A DNA stretch of 64,000 bases from an uncultured Candidatus Rokubacteria bacterium (GCA_963754315.1 CAVWFS010000014.1:192001-256000), one strand, 5' to 3'; positions 18,749 through 28,800 are shown, numbered from the stretch's first letter. Numbers and translations: made by a program. Notes: generated by a model from the letters alone, not told the origin.

Positions 18749-18948
18749 ACAGTGTCCCTCCGATGGCTCAGTCTTGGAGCATTCTAGTTCTAGATCCTGA
18801 CGTCCGGATCACCCCCGTGTCCGTTGCGGTCTCCCGCATTCCGTTGACGGGGCAGCAGGTGCGGGGGCAGTATCACCTTCGCGAGGCGCATCGCGTCTCT
18901 GCCGGAGGCGTGTCACCCAGCGCAAAACTGCTCAGGGAGGAGGACACC

Positions 18949-19743
18949 ATGGATCGCCGAGAGATTCTGGCCGAGCGTCCCGTCGAACGAGGGCGTGGCT
19001 TCATGCCCGGTGTGAGCGTCAATCCCGCGCGCGTCCTGTTCACGGCCGGATTGACCGGACGCAATCCCGACGGCGCGCTGGTCGCGGGCGGGATGGCGCC
19101 CCAGACTCGCCGTGCCTTCGAGCGGCTCGAGGCCGTGCTCGCCCACGCGGGGACGACGTTCGGGAGTGTCGTGAAGCAGCTCGTCTACGTCACCGACATC
19201 GACGCCTACAACACGAGCGGACGAGCCGAACGCGGCAAGTTCTTCGGCAACACGCGGCCGGCGTCCACCGGCTTGGTCGTACGGCGCCTGGCCGACCCCG
19301 CCATGCTTGTCGAGGTGGAGCTGGTGGTCGATCTGGCCGGAGCGCCGGCGGGGAAGCCCTTGCTGGAGAAGTTCAACGTGGAGAGCCACCCGGGTGATTT
19401 CCATCAGGGCGTGATCGTCAACGGTGGCCGACTGCTCTACCTGGCCGGCCAGGTCGCCAACAATCCTGACGGGTCGGTAGCCGGGGCGGGCGACTGGCGG
19501 CGGCAGGCCGAGAAGGTCTACGAGAACATCGGCCACCTGCTGCGTGCAGCCGGTGGTGGCCCCGGCAGCGCGGTGAAGGAGACGACCTGGGTGCTCAGCA
19601 TCGACTCGTGGCGCCAGCAGGGTGCTCCTGTCCGTCGCGACTTTTACAAGGGCGACTACCCCGCCTCGACCCTGGTCGAGATTCCGGGTCTGGCGCGGGC
19701 GGAGTTCCTGGTGGAAATCGAAGTGATCGCCGCCGTGGCGTGA
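18949..19743 (+). CDS. Tandem two-domain Rid (YjgF/YER057c/UK114) family protein
   Basis: Two repeats ending PASTGLVV..L..P.MLVEVE and PASTLVEI.GLARAEFLVEIEVIA; GGAGGAGG RBS. Confidence 0.88.
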   Translation: MDRREILAERPVERGRGFMPGVSVNPARVLFTAGLTGRNPDGALVAGGMAPQTRRAFERLEAVLAHAGTTFGSVVKQLVYVTDIDAYNTSGRAERGKFFGNTRPASTGLVVRRLADPAMLVEVELVVDLAGAPAGKPLLEKFNVESHPGDFHQGVIVNGGRLLYLAGQVANNPDGSVAGAGDWRRQAEKVYENIGHLLRAAGGGPGSAVKETTWVLSIDSWRQQGAPVRRDFYKGDYPASTLVEIPGLARAEFLVEIEVIAAVA

Positions 19744-19758
19744 AGGGGAGAAACGGTC

Positions 19759-20145
19759 ATGCCATTCAGCACAATCGCGACACCTGAAGCCAAGCCAGTG
19801 GCCAACTACAAGATGGCAACCCGCCTGGAGGGCGGGCGGCTGCTCTACATCTCAGGCCAGGTGGCCTGGGATACGAGCGGCAACATCGTCGGAAAGGGCG
19901 ATGTGCGGGCGCAGGCCCGGCAAACCTTTGCGAACCTGCGCGGCGTCTTGCAGGCGGCGGGTGGGGACTTCGGCAATCTCATGAAGATCACCACGTACAT
20001 CACCAAGATCGAGGATTTCCCGGCGGTGGCCGAGGCGCGCAGCGAGGTCTTTGGCGGACAGCTACCGGCCAGCACCCTGATCGTGGTCAAGGGCCTGTTC
20101 CATCCCGACTTCTTGATCGAGGTGGAGGGTGTGGCCGCCGTGTGA
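19759..20145 (+). CDS. Rid (YjgF) family protein
   Basis: LYISGQVA, QARQTFANL, PASTLIVVKGLFHPDFLIEVEGVA. Confidence 0.92.
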   Translation: MPFSTIATPEAKPVANYKMATRLEGGRLLYISGQVAWDTSGNIVGKGDVRAQARQTFANLRGVLQAAGGDFGNLMKITTYITKIEDFPAVAEARSEVFGGQLPASTLIVVKGLFHPDFLIEVEGVAAV

Positions 20146-20187
20146 CGGGCTTGCGGGCGGGGCTCACTCGGACGCGAGGACCGCCCC

Positions 20188-21111
20188 ATGCGGGCCTTCT
20201 TGCTGCGGCGCCTTCTCCACGCCGTGTTCGTCATCTGGGGCGTGGTCACGGTCGTCTTCTTCCTGGTGCGCGCCACCGGCGACCCCGCCGCCTTCCTGGT
20301 CGACCAGACGGCCACCCAGGAAGAGATCGCCCACATGCGGCGGTTGCTGGGGCTCGACCGGCCGCTGCTCACCCAATACGTGGACTTCCTGGGCGCCATC
20401 CCCCGCGGCGACTTCGGCATCTCGCTGCGCGAGAAGCGCCCGGCCATGCCTATGGTGCTCGAGCACCTATGGCCGGCCACCGTCGAGCTGTCGGTCGCTG
20501 CCTTGCTGCTGTCCACCCTCCTCGCCATTCCCCTCGGGGTGATCTCGGCGACCCGCCGCAATCGGGCCGCGGACCACCTGAGCCGCATCGCGTCGCTCTT
20601 TCTCCAATCCATGCCGAGCTTCTGGCTCGGCCTCATGCTCATCCTGCTCTTTGCCGTCCAGCTGCAGGGCCTGCTGCCAGCCTATGGCTCGGGAAGTCTG
20701 CGTCATCTGATCCTGCCCGCCGTGACGTTAGCCGCCGCCCCGCTGGCCCAGAACGTGCGGCTCATCCGGTCCGGCATGCTCGAGGTGCTCCAGCAGGACT
20801 ATGTCCGCACCGCTCGCGCCAAAGGCGTCCTCGAGCGCGGCGTGATCTACCGCCACGCCCTACGCAACGCCGCGATCCCCGTCATCACGGTGACCGGACT
20901 TTCGCTCGGTTTCATGCTGAGTGGGACCGTGGTCATCGAGACCGTCTTCTCTTGGCCGGGGATGGGGCGGCTCATCGTGCAGGCGGTGCCGGGACGCGAC
21001 TTCCCGGTGATCCAGGCCGGAGTGTTCGTCTTTGCCGTGATCTTCGTGGTGATCAACTTGCTCGTCGACGTGCTCTACACGGTGGTAGACCCACGGGTGC
21101 GCCTGCGGTGA
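20188..21111 (+). CDS. Peptide/nickel ABC permease (DppB-like)
   Basis: LGLDRPLLTQY, RSGMLEVLQQDYVRTARAKG, HALRNA, DPRVR. Confidence 0.95.
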   Translation: MRAFLLRRLLHAVFVIWGVVTVVFFLVRATGDPAAFLVDQTATQEEIAHMRRLLGLDRPLLTQYVDFLGAIPRGDFGISLREKRPAMPMVLEHLWPATVELSVAALLLSTLLAIPLGVISATRRNRAADHLSRIASLFLQSMPSFWLGLMLILLFAVQLQGLLPAYGSGSLRHLILPAVTLAAAPLAQNVRLIRSGMLEVLQQDYVRTARAKGVLERGVIYRHALRNAAIPVITVTGLSLGFMLSGTVVIETVFSWPGMGRLIVQAVPGRDFPVIQAGVFVFAVIFVVINLLVDVLYTVVDPRVRLR

Positions 21112-21959
21112 GCCTTCTGACACGGCTCGGGCGCGATGCTTCCGCCTTTGCCGGTCTGCTCGTCATCGTGGCGACTGTGCTCGCCGCCGTCCTGGCGCCG
21201 GTCCTGTCGCCCGCTGACCCTGTCAAGAACCAGCTCCTGGAACGGCTGACGCCGCCCATGTGGGTGGCCGGGGGGACGGCCCGGCATCCGCTGGGGACTG
21301 ACACGCTCGGGCGCGACGTGACGAGCCGGTTGCTCTATGGCGCGCGCGTCTCGCTCATCGTCGGCGTATCCGCAGTGATCATCGCTGGCCTGCTCGGGGT
21401 CGTCCTGGGGCTCCTGGCCGGCTACTACCGCGGCTGGGCCGACGACGTGCTCATGCGGATCGGCGACGTGCAGCTCGCCTTTCCGGTCCTCGTGCTCGCC
21501 ATCGCGCTACTGGCTGTGGCTGGCGCCAGCTTGCTGACGGTAGTATTGGTTCTCGGCGTCACTGGATGGATCACCTACGCCCGCATCGTCCGCGGTGAGA
21601 CCCTATCGCTGATCACTCGCGAGTTCGTGGAGGCGGCACGGGCCATGGGTGCCCCCGATCGCCACGTCATCTGGCGCCACGTCGTGCCCAACGTGCTGCC
21701 GCCCGTCACCGTGGTGGCCACGTTCTCGGTAGCCCGCGTCGTCATCGCCGAGGCGTCGCTGAGCTTCCTTGGTCTCGGCATCCCCCCGCCTGCTCCCAGC
21801 TGGGGCGCCATGCTCGACGAAGGCCGCAACTACCTCACCACCGGGTGGTGGCTCGCCCTCTTCCCGGGCCTCGCCATCCTGTTGCTCGTGCTCGGCATCA
21901 ACCTGGTGGGCGACTGGCTGCGCGACGCGCTCGATCCCCGCCTGGAGCGCGGGATGTAG
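21108..21959 (+). CDS. Peptide/nickel ABC permease (DppC-like)
   Basis: HPLGTDTLGRD, EFVEAARAMGA, SLSFLGLG..PP.PSWGAML; GTGA overlap. Confidence 0.95.
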   Translation: MSLLTRLGRDASAFAGLLVIVATVLAAVLAPVLSPADPVKNQLLERLTPPMWVAGGTARHPLGTDTLGRDVTSRLLYGARVSLIVGVSAVIIAGLLGVVLGLLAGYYRGWADDVLMRIGDVQLAFPVLVLAIALLAVAGASLLTVVLVLGVTGWITYARIVRGETLSLITREFVEAARAMGAPDRHVIWRHVVPNVLPPVTVVATFSVARVVIAEASLSFLGLGIPPPAPSWGAMLDEGRNYLTTGWWLALFPGLAILLLVLGINLVGDWLRDALDPRLERGM

Positions 21960-22115
21960 GCACCCGACGAACGTGGCCGGTCCTCGGCGGGTGGCGGCCC
22001 GCCGTCGCGCACGGTGGCTCCGGCGGCAGGTCCATCGACAATCCTCATCATTGCGCGCTCGTCCGATCGAGATGTCGATTGCGAACGTTTGCCAACGGTG
22101 GGACGTGGCGCACGC

Positions 22116-22470
22116 TCACGGGTTCGGCCCTTCGCTCTGCTGCTTGATGTATTGACGGGTGACGCACACGGGGTCGAAGCCGAGCCTGACGTAGAGTCGT
22201 TTGGGCTCGGCGGTGGCCAGGGCGCCAATGAGGACCTGATCGGCCCCCTGGTGGCGCACGTGCGCGATGGCGTGCGCGATCAGGGCGGTCGCAAGGACAC
22301 CGGCGCCATAGGCACAATCCACGCCGTCGACGCGCGCCAGAAAGAACTGATAGGATGGCGCCTTTTTGCGATAGCCGGCCACGATCCCACGCGTGACCTC
22401 GGGCGGCATGGCATGCGTCTGCGTTCACTCGGCTTCGGTATGGTCGTGGCGGACAAGCTCTATGAGTCGA
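22116..22470 (-). pseudogene. GNAT acetyltransferase remnant
   Basis: YQFFLARVDG...AYGAGV then LATALIAHAIAHVRHQGA...LYVRLGF; the acetyl-CoA-binding V...RxxGxA segment and the N-terminus appear to be missing. Confidence 0.55.
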
Positions 22471-22529
22471 ATCTGTCGTCGTGACCGTAGGAGATACGCG
22501 GCTGGCCGCGACGAACCGTCTCGGACGCG

Positions 22530-22786
22530 TTGAAAGGTCACATACGAGTCTGCCCGAGTCTTTGGCCCATGAGTTGAACGCGCCGGAGCGAGTCGGAGCG
22601 ACGCAAGAGCCGGACGTTGTGTCCGAGCCCCTCGCCCTTCTGATTATCGCCGCCCAGGACCGCCGGGCGCCTGGCTCTGCTCTACGCTGAGGCCGCGTCA
22701 GGACGCGCAGTCCAGGGCGAGACAACGAGGCTGTCCATGAAGGACTTCGCGGCCCTTGATCGCGAGGTGGCCAGTCGTCCACGTGA
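22530..22786 (+). pseudogene. Degenerate RHH/CopG-like antitoxin
   Basis: Fragments in different frames: SLPESLAHELN, LALLYAEAA, KDFAALDREVAS; ends at the toxin start. Confidence 0.4.
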
Positions 22787-23174
22787 GCCTCCAGACATGG
22801 GACCTCGCGTGGGCGATCCTCGATCCGTCCGTCGGTCATGAGCAGCGTGGCCGTCGCCCCGTTCTCGTCTTCTGCAACGAGGTCATCGCCACTCCGATCG
22901 GACTCATGACCGCGCTACCGCTCACCACCTGGAAGAAGGGACGTCGCGTCTATCCGACGGAGGTGTTGATCCCGCGGGGACGGCTGGGCTTCCGGCTGCC
23001 TCCCTCGTCCTCGCGCACCAAGTGCGAACGATCTCGGCCCAACGGCTCTCCGCCGCTCTCGGCGCGCTCGGCGATCCGATCTTGCGCGAGCAGGTGAGCC
23101 GAGCGCTCCGACTCTGGCTCGACCTGGAGCGCACTGAGGACTATCCTCCGGGCCGGCGAGGAGGTAAGACATGA
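22783..23174 (+). pseudogene. PemK/MazF-family toxin with a frameshift at G4 22976-22979
   Basis: LDPSVGHEQRGRRPVLV...ALPLTT...YPTEVLI; one extra G continues TAGLPAASLVLAHQVRTISAQRL...LREQVSRALRLWLDL and ends in an ATGA overlap with the next gene. Confidence 0.85.
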
Positions 23175-24385
23175 AGCGCAGCAGCGTCCGGATCCTGACG
23201 AGCCATGCCGGAAGCCTTCCGCGCCCGGACGATCTGATCGAGCTGAACCGGGCCCGCCAAGCTCGCGAGGCCGTCGACGAAGCGGCCTTTCGGGCCCGGC
23301 TCGGCGCCGCGGTCGCCGACGTCGTCCGGCGTCAGAAAGAGGCGGGCATCGACATCGCGGGTGACGGCGAGTACGGCAAGGCCATGGGGCACGCCATCAA
23401 CTACGGCGCCTGGTGGAGCTATTCATTCCAGCGACTGGGTGGGCTTGAGCTTACCGGCCCTGCCCTGCTCGATGTTCCCCCGCCGGCGCCGGTGCCAGGA
23501 AAAGTCAGCTTGACCAGCTTCGCCGGCCGACGCGACCGCGAGATCTTCGCGGCGGCCTATGCCGACCCCAATTCCGGCGTGTCAACGGGACCGCTCAGGA
23601 CCATCAGGCCCACGTGCACCGGCCCTCTTCGCTACATCGGCCATGAAGCCATCCGGAGCGACATCGCCCACTTCAAGGCGGGTCTGGCGGCGGCAGGCAT
23701 CGACGAGGGCTTCATGACCTCGATCGCGCCGGGCAGCGCCTCCCGCGTCGGCAACACCTACTACAAGACGGAAGAAGAGTTCATCTGGGCGTGCGCCGAC
23801 GCCATGCGCGAGGAGTACGTGGCCATCATCGAGGCTGGCCTCATCCTGCAGCTCGACGATCCCGCGATCGCCGAGAACTGGGACATGATCAATCCGGCGC
23901 CGCCCGTAGAGGACTACCAGAAGTTCTCCATGATCCGGGTGGAAGCGCTCAACCATGCCCTGCGCGGGCTGCCCGCCGATCGCATTCGCTTTCATCTGTG
24001 CTGGGGGAGCTGGCACGGTCCCCACGTCACCGATATTCCTATGCGCGACATCGTCGAGGTCATGCTGGTCGTGAACTGTCAGGCCTATTCCTTCGAGGCG
24101 GGCAATGTCCGCCACGAGCATGAGTGGAAGGTCTGGCAGGACGTCAAGCTGCCCCCCGGGAAGATCCTGCTGCCCGGGGTCGTGAGCCATGCCACCAACG
24201 TGGTGGAGCACCCCGAGCTGGTGGCCGATCGCATCATTCGCTTCGCCAACCTGGTCGGACGCGAGAACGTCCTCGCGTCTACCGACTGCGGTCTCGGGGG
24301 CCGGGTGCATCCGCAAATCGCATGGGCCAAGCTGGACACGCTCGCGCGCGGAGCGGCGCTGGCCACCACGCGTCTCTGGCCCTGA
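23171..24385 (+). CDS. Cobalamin-independent methionine synthase II-like (MetE C-terminal domain only) zinc enzyme
   Basis: TSHAGSLPRP, DGEYGK, LQLDDP, HLCWGS, FEAGNVRHEHEW, STDCGLG. Confidence 0.9.
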   Translation: MKRSSVRILTSHAGSLPRPDDLIELNRARQAREAVDEAAFRARLGAAVADVVRRQKEAGIDIAGDGEYGKAMGHAINYGAWWSYSFQRLGGLELTGPALLDVPPPAPVPGKVSLTSFAGRRDREIFAAAYADPNSGVSTGPLRTIRPTCTGPLRYIGHEAIRSDIAHFKAGLAAAGIDEGFMTSIAPGSASRVGNTYYKTEEEFIWACADAMREEYVAIIEAGLILQLDDPAIAENWDMINPAPPVEDYQKFSMIRVEALNHALRGLPADRIRFHLCWGSWHGPHVTDIPMRDIVEVMLVVNCQAYSFEAGNVRHEHEWKVWQDVKLPPGKILLPGVVSHATNVVEHPELVADRIIRFANLVGRENVLASTDCGLGGRVHPQIAWAKLDTLARGAALATTRLWP

Positions 24386-24407
24386 TGGGCACGCGGCACC
24401 TCACGTC

Positions 24408-25355
24408 ATGACACCCGACGACATGCTCATCTTCGGCGGAAGCGGGAGTCCCCGGCTCACGGCCGCGATCTGTCGGCACCTGCGGGTGCCCCCCGCCGCC
24501 GGGGAAGTACTGCGCTTCTCCGAGGGCAATCTGTTCGTGCGGGTCAAGGAGAACGTGCGGGGACGCCGGGTCTACGTCATACAGTCGACGGTCTTCCCGG
24601 CCAATGATCATTTCATGGAGCTCCTGTTCTGGATCGATGCGCTGAAGCGGGCCAGCGCCGAATCGGTGACCGTCGTCATGCCCTATTTCAGCTATGCGAA
24701 GGGCGACAAGAAAGACGAGTCCCGGGTCTCCATCCGCGCCCGGGTGTGCGCCGATGCCATCGAGGTGGCGGGTGCCAACCGGGTCGTCACGCTCGACCTG
24801 CACGCACCCCAGATCCAGGGCTTCTTCCGCATCCCGGTCGACGACCTCTACGCCCTGCCGGTCCTGGGCGCGGCGCTCGCTCGTCTGCAACTGCCTGACC
24901 TCGTGGTGGTATCGCCAGACGCGGGCTTCGTCAAACACGCCCGCAAGTACGCCTCCTTCCTCAACGCCTCCATCGCCATCGCGGACAAGCAGCGCAAGGC
25001 GCACGACGAGCGCGCCGAGGTCTTGACCATCATCGGGGAGGTGGAGGGCAAGACAGCCGTGATCGTGGACGACTTCACGATCTCGGCGGGTACCCTGGCC
25101 GCCGCTGCCGAGAAGCTGGTGGAGCGCGGCGCCCGGGCCGTCTACGCCGCGGTGTCCCACGGTGTCTTCAGCGAAGGCTCGATGGAGCGGCTCGACCGGA
25201 GCCCGATCCAACAGTTGCTCGTGACGGACTCGATTGAGACCCAGCCCGTGGCGCTGTCACCAAAGGTCGAGGTCGTCTCGGTGGCGCCGCTCTTCGCCGA
25301 GGCGATCCGTCGTATCCACAACCGGGAGAGCATCAGCGGTCTGTTCCCCGCGTGA
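24408..25355 (+). CDS. prs: Ribose-phosphate pyrophosphokinase
   Basis: FSEGNLFV..ENVRG, DLHAPQIQGFF, VVSPDAG, VIVDDFTISAGTL, AEAIRRIH. Confidence 0.93.
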   Translation: MTPDDMLIFGGSGSPRLTAAICRHLRVPPAAGEVLRFSEGNLFVRVKENVRGRRVYVIQSTVFPANDHFMELLFWIDALKRASAESVTVVMPYFSYAKGDKKDESRVSIRARVCADAIEVAGANRVVTLDLHAPQIQGFFRIPVDDLYALPVLGAALARLQLPDLVVVSPDAGFVKHARKYASFLNASIAIADKQRKAHDERAEVLTIIGEVEGKTAVIVDDFTISAGTLAAAAEKLVERGARAVYAAVSHGVFSEGSMERLDRSPIQQLLVTDSIETQPVALSPKVEVVSVAPLFAEAIRRIHNRESISGLFPA

Positions 25356-25487
25356 GGGCGACGCTTCAAAGGGCCGGGAGTTCCGCGAGCAACCGTGGTT
25401 GTCTCCACCTGGCATCTCTGGCCCCCGCGATCGCGCTAATCTTGTAGGCGGTGGGGCCGGGGCCCATCGAGACCCCCTACACACGAA

Positions 25488-26060
25488 ATGAGCGTTCCGT
25501 CAGTCCGACGCACAGATAAGTTGATGCCTGAGTCCAGGGCCCGCGAGATGATCGCGCGTGGCTACTGCGGGCGACTGGGTACGGTCGGCCCCGATGGCTC
25601 GCCGTACGTTGTCCCGCTGCTCTATGTGTGGATCGACGGTGAAATCTGGGTTCACAACACGCGGGCGCCCGGGCACCTACGCGCCAATGTGGACCACGAG
25701 CCCAGGGTGTGTTTCGAGATCGACGAGCCGGGCGAGGTGTTCGCCTACGGGCGCTTCGAGTGCGACACTTCGGTCGCCTACCGCAGCGTCATCGCTTTCG
25801 GCCGCATCCGCGTGATCGAGGATCAGACGTCCAAGCACCGCTTCTTCGCCGCGCTCATGAACAAGTACGGCGATCCGAGCTGGGGCCGCCTGCAGGAATT
25901 CTTCCCACGGCTGGATCAGGTGACGGTCTACGCGATCGCGATAGACAGGATGACCGGCAAGGAGACTCCGTTGCCGCCGCTCCAGGACCGGTGGCCCGCT
26001 GCCGACCATACGAAGACGCCGGACGCAGTTCCACGGGAAAGGCCGCCGACGATCCAGTGA
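25488..26060 (+). CDS. Pyridoxamine 5'-phosphate oxidase-like FMN-binding protein (NimA-like)
   Basis: GRLGTVGPDGSPYVVPL, PRVCFEID, YRSVIAFGRI, MTGK. Confidence 0.88.
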   Translation: MSVPSVRRTDKLMPESRAREMIARGYCGRLGTVGPDGSPYVVPLLYVWIDGEIWVHNTRAPGHLRANVDHEPRVCFEIDEPGEVFAYGRFECDTSVAYRSVIAFGRIRVIEDQTSKHRFFAALMNKYGDPSWGRLQEFFPRLDQVTVYAIAIDRMTGKETPLPPLQDRWPAADHTKTPDAVPRERPPTIQ

Positions 26061-26377
26061 GAATCCCGCGTCTGGTTTGGGCGGAGCTCACTTCGACGGC
26101 GACCCGCCCACCTGCTCCCGCGCCTTGCGCGCCGTCTCCTGGGCATCGAGGGTCAACCGGTAGGCAACACACCCTCCTTGGCACGGATCGTCCATGTCGG
26201 CGGGAACTCGGGCCAGACACCGAAATTCGCGGTCATTGTCGCACGGCCCGCCGATTCGTGATTCACCGCCCTGGGCCGCGACGATCTCGCTGGCCGGCGC
26301 TGGTGGCCATGCGTCCGCCACGATCGTCGGGTATGATCGAGCGATCCGAGATCCGGAGCCAGACAGGGAGACGCGGC

Positions 26378-26836
26378 ATGCCGGTTGACAAGAGCTTCAT
26401 CGGCACAAAGGGCGAGCCCGTGACCATGCACGTGGAGCATGGAAAGATCCGCGAGTTCGCCCGCGCCATCAAGGACGACGACCCGCTGTACTTCGACGAG
26501 GCGTACGCCGCCCGCGAGGCGGGTGGGATCATGCCACCCCTGACGTTCTTGCAGACGATCAGTCACTGGGACGACGGGGCCGGACGGCCGCGGGTGCCCT
26601 TCGACCTCAAGCGTGTCCTGCACGGCGAGCAGGAGTACGAATTCCTGAAGCCGATCCACGCGGGGGACGTCCTCACGGCCGTGAGCACCGTGGTCGATGT
26701 GTACGAGAAGCCCGGCAAGCGCGGGGGCAGCATGAACTTCGCCGTGACCGAGACCGAGTACCGGAACCAGGAGGGAACGTTGGTGGCCCGGGCGCGTGCC
26801 ATCACGATCGAGACGGGCCAGGTCGTCAAGGACTGA
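26378..26836 (+). CDS. MaoC-like dehydratase, N-terminal type (HadA-like subunit)
   Basis: VEHGKIREFARAI.DDDPLYFD, PPLTF, VLHGEQEYEF.KPIHAGD. Confidence 0.9.
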   Translation: MPVDKSFIGTKGEPVTMHVEHGKIREFARAIKDDDPLYFDEAYAAREAGGIMPPLTFLQTISHWDDGAGRPRVPFDLKRVLHGEQEYEFLKPIHAGDVLTAVSTVVDVYEKPGKRGGSMNFAVTETEYRNQEGTLVARARAITIETGQVVKD

Positions 26837-26851
26837 AGACCAGGAGGAAGC

Positions 26852-27286
26852 ATGGCTGCCGGAAAGCGCTACTGGGAGGACGTGAAGGAGGGCGACCCAT
26901 TGCCGGAGGTGCGGGTGGCAAAGCTCACACGCACCGACTTCGTGAAGTACGCAGGCGCGTCGGGGGATTTCAATCCGATCCACCACGACCAGACCTTCGC
27001 CGAAGCGTCCGGCAATCCGACCGTGTTCGCCATGGGCATGCTCAACGCGAGCATCCTGAGCCGCGTCGTCACGGCTTTCGCGGGGCGGCCCGCTGTGCGC
27101 CGCTACAAGGTCCGCTTCGCCACCCGCGTCTGGCCCGGCGACGACGTCATCTGCCGCGGCCGGGTCACCCGCAAGCTCCAGGAGGCCGGCGAGAAGCTCG
27201 TCGAGGGTGAGGTGGAAGCCGTGAACCAGAAGGGCGAGACGCTCATTAGCGGCTCCTTCGTGGCTGCCCTGCCCTCTCGCGGTTGA
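26852..27286 (+). CDS. MaoC-family dehydratase (HadB-like subunit)
   Basis: YAGASGDFNPIHHD hydratase motif. Confidence 0.92.
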   Translation: MAAGKRYWEDVKEGDPLPEVRVAKLTRTDFVKYAGASGDFNPIHHDQTFAEASGNPTVFAMGMLNASILSRVVTAFAGRPAVRRYKVRFATRVWPGDDVICRGRVTRKLQEAGEKLVEGEVEAVNQKGETLISGSFVAALPSRG

Positions 27287-27300
27287 AGCGGGCAACGGAG

Positions 27301-27621
27301 ATGATCAAGGTCTTCGCCATGCTTCGCCGTCGGGAGGGCGTCTCCCGCGAGGCGTTCCACCGGTGGTGGCTCGCTGAGCACGTGCCCTACGCCAAGAAGC
27401 TCCCCGGCCTGAAGAAGTATCGTGTGTGCCTGGTCACGGGCTCCACCACCCATGAGGGGCACGAGCCATGGGACGGGATGGCCGAGCTCTGGTTCGATAA
27501 CCGGGCGGCGCTGGAGGCGGCGTGGTCTTCGGAGGTCGGCAAGGTCGCGCTGGAACACTCGCGGGAGAATCACCTTGAGCGACTGGTGCTCATCACCGAG
27601 GAGCACGAGATCCTCGGCTGA
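27301..27621 (+). CDS. EthD-family protein
   Basis: MIKVFAMLRRREGVSREAFHRWWLAEHVP...PGLKKY...DGMAELWFD. Confidence 0.88.
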   Translation: MIKVFAMLRRREGVSREAFHRWWLAEHVPYAKKLPGLKKYRVCLVTGSTTHEGHEPWDGMAELWFDNRAALEAAWSSEVGKVALEHSRENHLERLVLITEEHEILG

Positions 27622-27735
27622 GATCCTGGGCGCGGTCCAATCCGAACACCTCAACGAGGAGGACACCACCGTGACGATGCACAGAGCTTCTTCAGCTGAG
27701 ATGGGGCACACGCCGAGCGGGATGGAGGCCTAGCC

Positions 27736-28749
27736 ATGGCCGAGGCGGCGTTCGTCTCCTGTGGCGGCGCCGGCGCTCCCAGCGGGCGACGGCGAGAGGT
27801 GGTGGTCAACGGCAAGCGCGTGAAAACGGTGGACGTGCACGCCCACTGTGCCGTGCCAGCAGCCATGGCCCTCATGGGGCGAGCGCTCGAGGCCGAAGCG
27901 CTCCTCATGACCAATACCGAGACGCGGATTCGCGCCATGGACGAGCAGGGCATCGACGTGGAGGCGCTCAGCATCAATCCCTACTGGTACACCGCCGAGC
28001 GGGACGTCGCCCAGAAGCTCATCCAGATCCAGAACGAGACCTTGGCCGAGATCTGCGCGGCCCAGCCCGACCGCTTCGTGGCCTTCGCGACAGTGGCCCT
28101 GCAGCACCCGGATCTGGCCGTCGAGCAACTCGAGCAGGGCATCAAGCGCTACGGTTTGCGCGGGGTCAGTCTCGGGGGCAGCGTCGAGGGAGCCGAGCTG
28201 AGCGACCCCCGGTTTCACCCGTTCTGGGCGAAAGCCGAGGCCCTCGGCGTGCTCGTGTTCATCCACCCGCAGGGCACGGTCGAACTCGAGCGAACGGGCC
28301 GGCTCAAGGGCAATGGTCTGCTCTCCAACACCATCGGCAATCCGCTGGAGACGACGATCGCCCTGTCTCATCTCATCTTCGAGGGCACCCTCGATCGCTA
28401 CCCGGGCCTCAAGATCTGTGCGGCCCACGGGGGCGGCTACCTCCCGTCGTACGCCGCGCGATCCGACGCGGTGCAGACAACCTTCCCCCAGCGCATGACG
28501 GGGGCGCTCAAGAAGAAGCCGACGGAGTACATCCGCCAGCTCTACTTCGACTCGATCGTCTTCACACAAGAGGCCCTGCGCCACCTGGCCGCCGAGGCAG
28601 GTCCGAATCAAATCATCATGGGAACGGACTATCCGTTCCCCTGGACGTCGACCTCGGTCGATCACATCTTCGGCACCCCGGGGCTCAGCGACGCCGACAA
28701 GATCGCCATGCTGGGCGGCACGGCTGCGAAGCTGCTGGGAATCACCTGA
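27736..28749 (+). CDS. Amidohydrolase_2 family, ACMSD-like decarboxylase
   Basis: VDVHAHC, FWAKAEALGVLVFIHP, AAHGGGYLP, MGTDYPF. Confidence 0.9.
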   Translation: MAEAAFVSCGGAGAPSGRRREVVVNGKRVKTVDVHAHCAVPAAMALMGRALEAEALLMTNTETRIRAMDEQGIDVEALSINPYWYTAERDVAQKLIQIQNETLAEICAAQPDRFVAFATVALQHPDLAVEQLEQGIKRYGLRGVSLGGSVEGAELSDPRFHPFWAKAEALGVLVFIHPQGTVELERTGRLKGNGLLSNTIGNPLETTIALSHLIFEGTLDRYPGLKICAAHGGGYLPSYAARSDAVQTTFPQRMTGALKKKPTEYIRQLYFDSIVFTQEALRHLAAEAGPNQIIMGTDYPFPWTSTSVDHIFGTPGLSDADKIAMLGGTAAKLLGIT

Positions 28750-28800
28750 GCGTACTGACGTCCAACGTCTCCCCGTGCCCGCGCACGACGGTGGGGCGAC

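Noticed and set aside
26179..26193. Sigma-54-like TGGCACG upstream of the MaoC pair
   Set aside because: The -12 position reads CC rather than GC
26088..26321. 77-aa minus-strand intergenic ORF
   Set aside because: No RBS or recognisable motif; cannot be supported
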